From assembly GCF_009914755.1 (NCBI RefSeq), contig NC_060936.1: 64,000 bases of DNA, one strand, 5' to 3'. This DNA is from the human T2T-CHM13v2.0 reference genome, Homo sapiens. The stretch's first letter is position 1; every line of letters starts with the position of its first letter. The notes below the pieces were generated by a model. That model was not told where the DNA came from. It searched no databases and saw nothing but the letters and a program-made list of their open reading frames with translations. Of the stretch, positions 56,453-64,000 are shown piece after piece. A program made the translations under genes and the position numbers.

Positions 56453-57242
56453 TGTTATGGTTCGACCTGTGTCCCTCGAAGGATATGCGAAAATTCTAAT
56501 ACCCAGCGACTATGAATGTAACCTTACTTGGGACACTTCATTAAGGTCTTTGCAGATTTAGTCAAGTTGAGATAAGGTCATTAGAGTGGGTCCTATGGGT
56601 CCTAATTCAGTATGATTGAGTTCCTCAGAAGAAGGTGGCCATTTGAAGACTCAGACACACAAAGATAAAAAAATCACAAGATAACAGAGGCAGAGATTAG
56701 ACTGATATAGTTGCAAGCCAAGAAGTATCAAGGCTTGACAGTTATTACCAGAAGCTATGAAGAGGTAGGAAGGATGCTACCAAAGGTTTCAGAAGGATCA
56801 TGGCTCTGCTGACAACTTGACTTCAGACTTCTAGACTCTAGAACTGTGAAAGAACAGAAATTCCATTTTTTTTTTTTTTTTTTGAGACAGAGTTTTGCTG
56901 TGTTGCCCAGGCTGGGTTGCAGTGGCACAATCTCGGCTCACTGCAGCCTCCGCCTCCTGGGTTCAAGTGAATTCTCCTGCCTCAGCCTCAGCATCCTGAG
57001 TAGCTGGGATTACAGGTGCTCACCACCATGCCCGGCTAATTTTTGTATTTTTAGTAGAGATGGGGTTTCACTATGTTGGCCAGGCTGGTCTTGAACTCTT
57101 GACCTCAAGTGATCTGCCCGCCTCGGCCTCACAAAGCGTTGGGATTACAGGTGCAAGCCACTGCATCTGGACAAAAATTCCAATAGTTTTAAGCCACCCA
57201 GTTTGTCATACTTTGTTAGAGTAGTCCTAAGAAACTAGTACA
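56453..57242 (+). mobile_element. ERVL-MaLR solo LTR (MLT1C-like), split by an Alu
   Basis: tgttatgg...ggtctttgcagat...gcaagccaag...ccagaagcta...ttttaagccacccagtttgt...gaaactagtaca. Flanks tagag/aagag resemble a 5-bp TSD. Confidence 0.85.
56866..57172 (-). mobile_element. AluS inside the MLT1 LTR, TSD aaattcca
   Basis: Full-length reverse Alu with a small internal cctcag duplication. Confidence 0.93.
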
Positions 57243-57849
57243 AAGAGCATATTATTAATTCAAATATCTCAATAGTTACCAGAATATGTGCAGAATATAT
57301 GTTTGAGCAAGGCATCCTTGTTTTCCCTTCAGAATTCTGATATATATATATATATTTTTATATGAACAAGCATGTTCACAGGAGCTTCTTCTTCCAGCAA
57401 ATTTTAAGGGGAGATATCTCTACAAATATAGCTGTGGAAATGAATCAAAGTTAACTCTGTATTTCTACCACCTTTTCAATGACTTTCCCACGATCCTTTG
57501 TAATGTCCCTTCCCACCCCACCATCTCTCACTTGCTGCCTTCACATATAAGTTTTGTATATTCCCTTAGTTTTTCATGACACTCTCTTCCAATGTAAGCT
57601 GATGTTTATAGAAACTAAAAACAAAATCCACTGGTAATTGACTTTTATTAGCATCACTGAAGATGGTTCATTTAAGATTTAACCCTTAGTAATTAATCAA
57701 ATATTAATTTAAAATAACCAAAGTAAATATTCAAAATAAAACACTTATTTGTAACTTATATCCAATTTAAGATAAAAATATTTCATACTTAAATAAATTT
57801 CTATACAAGCATGCATATATACTATAAAAAATAAGATAATTTTATCACT

Positions 57850-58200
57850 ACTATCATTCTACTTTTAAAAATTAAATATAACTAGTGGGCATCTTTCCAT
57901 AGTTTTATGGATTAGGATACTTGCTGTTTAACAGTCTTATCGTAATCCATTTATGAATACATAATAATAACCTTAGCCAGTCCCCTGACACTTAGAATGT
58001 CTTTAGTTTTTCTGTAACAGTAATGTCATATGTTCTTACATATTCTAGCACATATGTGTGAGAATATTCATACCAACAGTTTCTAATAGTGGACCTATTA
58101 GGTTTGAGAATATCTTAATATTGATAAGTATTGACATATTAACATTCAATATTCTTTATTCAATTTAAATTATAATCCTCAGACACAAAATAAGTAATTT
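57850..58200 (-). mobile_element. Ancient L1M(E) fragment
   Basis: catctttccat...ttagccagtcccctga...atattgataagtattg. Confidence 0.5.
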
Positions 58201-58364
58201 GCATATACACATCATATACGTTGTAATATTATCCTTCAAACTCATGTATTCATATGCTTTATTAGAGAACAGACATCATGTAAATCCAGATATAATGAAC
58301 TACAAATTTGGTGTGTGTATGGGAGACATCCTTCTGATATAAACCACACGTACACACACAAACT

Positions 58365-58600
58365 GATATTTCTACGTGTTTATATATTTATATATGCACA
58401 GAACATCTCTGGAGATATCCAGAAGGAAACATGTTACATAAAACCTAAAAGAGGAACGGGCTGGTGGGTAGGGAGAGGCAGTGGTAGGAATAGGAGTAGA
58501 AAAGAGAAATATTTTTCATTTTACACCTTCTATTACATTTTTCACTGAGTACCTTGTGCATATAATATTCTCTCAAGAAATAAGCCCCATTTTAATAAAT
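58365..58600 (+). mobile_element. L1ME4-like 3' end
   Basis: tatatgcacagaacatctctggagatatccagaaggaaac...tttttcattttacacc. Confidence 0.5.
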
Positions 58601-59559
58601 AAATGTGAAAACCAGAATTTCTTATAAATTAGTATAGAGCATTATTCAACTAAGTTAGTGTAAATTTATTCAACACCAGTATTACATAAATTTTAAAAAA
58701 AATTATAAAGTAGCCCCAAATTATGTGACTGATACATTTTATTAAAGCTGGTTTTCATTAATGATCTGTTTATATTATTCTTAAATACCTTAAAATCAAT
58801 TTAAGAATCATCTATTTAGTTTTTGAAACATACTTTTTTATTAAAAAAAAAAAAACTAATACTCAAATTCAATCTTGCTTAACCAAGCAGAAAATCTATA
58901 GTTTTTCCCTTTTTTAATGTGTAAGGTTAAACCAGGAGGAAAACTCATTGGTTCCAGATGGTTACATCAGTGACAAATGAAAGTCTTTTTTTTTTTTTTT
59001 GAAAGATTTGACATTACTACACATTTTTAATAGACTCCAATTGATAACAGACTGAATTTCCCAATACATTTTCCACAATATTAGCTTAGAATGCCACTAA
59101 TGAAATAGATCCCAAGTACTGAAATTATATAGTAAATGCCTCTTATGATTTAAAATGTTCAATAAAAGAGGATCTAGTCAAAGACAAATATTTCAAACGA
59201 AATATTTGGTTTGAAAGTATAGAGTTACTCTAATTTAAAATGCAACAAAACATCCTACTGAGTATTTTCGTGAAAGAGAAAAAACATACATCTACTAGAA
59301 GTAACTATTGTTTCTGGAAACACAGAAGCTATCAAAAGCAGGTGCAATACTATCTTCTGTCTCCTAACTTCTTTATGATATCTCGCCTTTTTATGCTTTC
59401 CAAGTTGACTTATTGTTCATTGAATTAAGTACACCAAAAAGTTATGTAACACACGACAGAATATAGATAAGTGTGGCATGCAGCACACGGTTTATTTATA
59501 TATTACAAAACATGGCACCAGACTGTATTTTGAAATTATTATTATGATCATTTCATGTG

Positions 59560-59800
59560 TACAGCATCACAATACCAGTCCCCTTTAAAAAGCCCACAAA
59601 TTGTTACTCTAGTGCATTCAGAGAGACACACAATGCAGGCTCAGATCTTGGCAACCTGTGAAAGTGCCCAGTCGAAAATTACTAACAGCTGGAGATGACA
59701 GTTGTTTTAACAGCTGAGCTGACAGGATTAATTTAAATGCATTGAAATCAAAAGTAGATAACACCTGTTTAGTCTTCTAGGGCCATTCGACAAGGTAGGC
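59560..59800. promoter_or_regulatory. Candidate intronic enhancer (E-box + MEIS + homeobox cluster)
   Basis: CAGCTG x2, CAGTTG, CACCTG, TGACAG x2 and GGATTA within ~85 bp of repeat-free DNA. Motifs only, no activity data. Confidence 0.45.
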
Positions 59801-62800
59801 CAAAGGAAAAATGCAGAGCCAGAATTGTGTCGCTTTTTCTCCTAGAAGGACAGAGGGGCTTCAGAGGAGAATGTCACCTTTTTGATGGAGGTGGGGTTAG
59901 ATTTTAGCAGCAGGGGGCTGGTCAGCCTTTATCAGTTTTTAACATCTGGTTTCTATAATGTATCTCCTTCCCTTTTTTCCTTCCTTGTCCAAGGTCTTTG
60001 ACCCAAGCCCAACAGTGGATAAAGATCACTACATTTCAAAGCTACAGTTTCTCACTACAGCTTCCTAGAAATTCTCTTGGGTTAATTAATATATTCTTTT
60101 TGAGCTTCACAGCCACAGAAGAGCTGCTTTTTTTTCCCCTCTCTTCTTATCTTTAGTTCCAAAATATGTCATACAAGAGTTTGCATTTCAAATGGTTGCC
60201 AAAAGACTTATTCAGAGGTGGTTTTTGTGTAAGATATTTATCAGTAGTTGATTATTTTAATCTGAGTGGGGGTGAGTAAGGTATTGTGTTTTCCTCAAAA
60301 GATGCTTGTAAAAGCCTCGATTTCTGTATTCTTATGAACACAAGTGTATAAATGAAGCAAAATCAGTCTGAAAGCAGAAGTGTTCATTTTGCTTCACTTC
60401 CAAGGATTAGGCTCTAAATTAACTTGAGGAATATAAAGATTATTCACCCCCTACACAGAGGAATATTTTGGCCTAATATTAAGAATCCTAATATTCACAG
60501 ATTGAAAACCATACCATTAAAATATGTTCCCAGATTGCACTCATATTGTTTGCCAGTAACACATATTATATAAAATGAATTTTTCAGCAGACATAAAGTT
60601 TGCCCTTCAAAATTTTACCAAGTTCAATACCTGCCCTATTTAAAAGAAAATATACTTCTATCCTGTCAGGCAGGGAAAGGAAATATCTTTAGGATTAAGG
60701 CTCCTTGCTTCTTAGCCAGCTCTCAATATTGAAAAGCACAAAATTTAAGGTTTTTATGTTTATTTGATTTACAGCCAAAATAAAGAGATAAGACAATAAT
60801 GCTTTCCTTTTTCCCACTTGTGAGAAAATATATGTACATAAACTATGTTGAGAGGCAAAATTGTTGAATATTAAATAAAGTTAGGGCTTTTAAAATGGTC
60901 AAAAGTGGCATATATTTAAAGAAGAGCATGATTTAAAATGTTGATGAATGGTGAGAAATACTGGATGAAGTACTTTATGGGAAAGCCAAGTTCTAGGCAC
61001 ACAGTACTTCCAGTTTTCCTATTTCATAAAAATAAGTTCTGAATTAGAACTAGTTAAAAATAAGCCTAATTTGTAATAAACCAGAAAGTCTTCCTGAAAC
61101 ACTCACTTTTTAAAAAAGACTTATCTCTTTGTTAACTTCAGAATATATGAAAAGCTTAGTCAATAAAAACCAGCTTTTAAAGTACCTTAGTTTTGCTCAT
61201 TAACTTATAGTTAGTTACTATAGTAAGTAGTCACTGTAGTATAAATAAAGGCAAAATGTTCTTATTTTTTCAAGTAATTTGCAATAATATTGGGATATTT
61301 TTAAATCTTGAAGACCTATCAAATCATTGCATTTCATGAAATGAACTGAAACAACACTCAAAAGAAAAAAGCCAATAAATTAATCACTTCTGGTAGTTTC
61401 TACAACTAAAGTCTGGCACCCAGTAAATGAAGCTGTATGATAGAAAACAGCTACTAATGGTATATATTACTGTTTTTTTAATCATCTATCAAACAAGCTG
61501 CAACAAAGAAACTCATGGTCAAATAATGACCATCATATTTTCTTGCCAACATCAAAGTTATGACTGTGTTATAGACAGTAAAAGTGTGATGACACATTTT
61601 ACATACTTTGGGTCAAAATATGTCTATCAGTAATTTGTTCTTCTTGGTAATATCTTAAAGTAATTTCCAAAGAGAAAACACAGATGGGGATTTTTTTTTT
61701 TCCGGAAAGAAACATTTATACTTTAAAGGACAATCTGTTATATGGTATTAGCTATTAGATCTCTTTAGAGAAAGACACAATAAAATTTTGAGCACATAAA
61801 TAATATGAGCAAGGCCAAACCAACCAGGAGAATTTTAAGAAGTACAGGTTGTTTGTTTTGTTTCTTTCTTTGATATCCAATACCTGCATCAGGGGCAGGG
61901 AGTGTCAGAGGGAATACTGACTTAACCACCATTCATACTTTAAAGCCTGAAATATCAAAATCCCACTGACTGATGAAGAGCTTTGCCTAAAAAGACGAAT
62001 ACTGATGTACTGTATCTCAGGAACACACTATTCTCATAAAATTTACACTAATACACTTTTATTTGAAAGTATCTATATGAAGTATGTCATATGTAAAAAA
62101 AGTAAAAAGACAAGTCCGACAGTAACATTCAAGTGGCAGTTATTGTGAGAACTAAAATTGCTAAATGATAGGAAGAAAAATTCCTCAAATTACATTTCTT
62201 TTTTCTCTCACATTCAGTGCTGTCTAAACAACAGCAAAAAATCACACATTTTCAGAAAATCTAATTGTATTTCTAAACCATTCCATTCCAGAAAAATCTT
62301 TGGCTTTTTTGCCTTATGGTTATTTTAAAGTTTTCAGTGTATCGGGCATACAACAATAATTGTCACTCTATTCTGCCTAATGATAGATTCTTCAACTTTT
62401 AAAAAATAAGGAGCAGTTTCTTTCCTGCTTTTTATTTCTTTATACAACTCAGAGACTCAAAGAAGATAATTACAAACAATGCCTGAAGAATGGTTCAGTT
62501 AATGTTAATTTATACAACAAACTAATTACTACCAAATGGTAAAAATCACATGTGGAAGTCCCTCTCTCCCACGCACATAACTAAACCAGCAGCCATCTGT
62601 CTCAGCTTGGGGAAAGCTCAGGGACACCCAGAGAAGATAAGGAAAAAGGAGGGTGCAGATGCATCGGCTCATTCACCTGCATACCAATCACAAGATCTGA
62701 TGACCACATTTCTGAGCATTTAGTACTTTCGGAAAAAGCAAAAAGTAAATACACAGAAAGAAGGTATTCCACATGTGCTTTAATAAAAGTATATGTTGTT

Positions 62801-64000
62801 CTATAATCATTATCACAGGTAGAAACCTATCTTCAGCAAGTAAGTGCTTATTTTCTTTTAGATAAAAATGACATATTTTAAAACTGTCATTCCTCATCCG
62901 TGTACCATTTTGCTACAGAAGAAAGAGCATGCATGCTTGAATTTTATTTAGGAAGTTCATAATTTCTGAGTTCTGGGAAGTGTGTCTGTATTTTAAAACA
63001 GTTAGTAAAATAATCTCTTTAAATATTATAACTATAACTTGGGAGATACTTGCCGAATTATTCTTATTGAAATAACTTCATACATTTTTAAGAGTAAAAT
63101 AATGCTATCAATATTTTGACATTTAATCAGCCTGTCATATGCGGCAAAATAAGGGCGATATTTTTTCATTAATATCACAATGTGAATCTTGACATATAAG
63201 CAATAATGAATTTTCAGACGAAAGAAAAATCTAAATGAGAATTTAAGAGTATTAAAATGCTTTTTCTTTTTATAAATTAAAAGAATATTTATTTATAGAT
63301 GTATTTTGGCATTCAAAATTCCAAATAGAGATTTTAGTGCTTGGTAAGTATTTTTTCAGTAATAAAAAGAATGAGAAAACTAGAAGTAGTATCAATAATG
63401 CCAATTTCCCCTAACATATATCCCCTGTGGAATTAAAAATGTCTTCACATAACATGTGCTGATCTAATTGAAATGGATTCTCTTGCATTGCCCTTCACAT
63501 ACTTGCTGGTAACTAACCTGATTCAGTGATAGACGCCAAAACAAACCCTGAAGCAGTGGCCTATAGGAAACTATACTCTTGCACAATGAGATGTCCCATA
63601 CTGAAGGGTTCCAGACCTTCAATATGAGAGGTTCCTGTAGAAAGCAGTGGAAAAGACTGTACAACAGAGAAGCAGGACCCCAATACTGGAAGTGAGGAAA
63701 CTGAAAAGTTCCCTTGAAGATATTTCTTGAGCTTATTTCATAAAAGTTGACAGATCTTCTACAAAACAATTTTTCTGAAAATTTCCCTGGACGTACACAA
63801 TTTTTCACTTCAATTAACAGATTCTGAATTACTGGAAGCATTTTTTGTTTCTGCTATTTGTCAACTTCTTTTAAGATAACAGTCCCACATTTAGAAAAAC
63901 TGGGAAAGATTATTGTGTTAGCCATTTCTATTAAATGAGCAATTCACAAAGCACGTTAGAGACTGAAGCAAACACTGCAAACATTGTTTTAAATTTCCAC

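Overview
AT-rich primate DNA, almost certainly human (AluY, AluS, AluJ and FAM elements, MIR, L2, MaLR LTRs, hAT MITEs). The only protein-coding sequence I can support is one 87-bp exon on the minus strand (5466-5552). It is missing from the ORF track and encodes (E)[28 protein letters not shown](G), which I recognise as SOX5 (12p12.1; the short exon before the coiled-coil exon, exon 4 of L-SOX5 as I recall the numbering). The rest of the window is SOX5 intron: about 58 kb upstream of the exon and about 5.5 kb downstream. All listed ORFs look spurious. I see no evidence of a new multi-gene system. The most unusual signals are: (1) a ~1-kb composite MER1B insertion carrying ~530 bp of foreign DNA inside an L2, with a shared 8-bp TSD; (2) three cryptic SOX5-sense exon candidates at 11.5-13.2 kb; (3) a candidate recursive splice site whose donor is hidden in a U1-mimic hairpin; (4) possible antisense exons straddling the SOX5 exon; (5) a young 167-bp triplication with palindromic junctions; (6) a palindrome plus duplication scar; (7) motif-dense candidate enhancers. 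Repeat families were called from remembered consensus sequences, and boundaries of old repeats are approximate.
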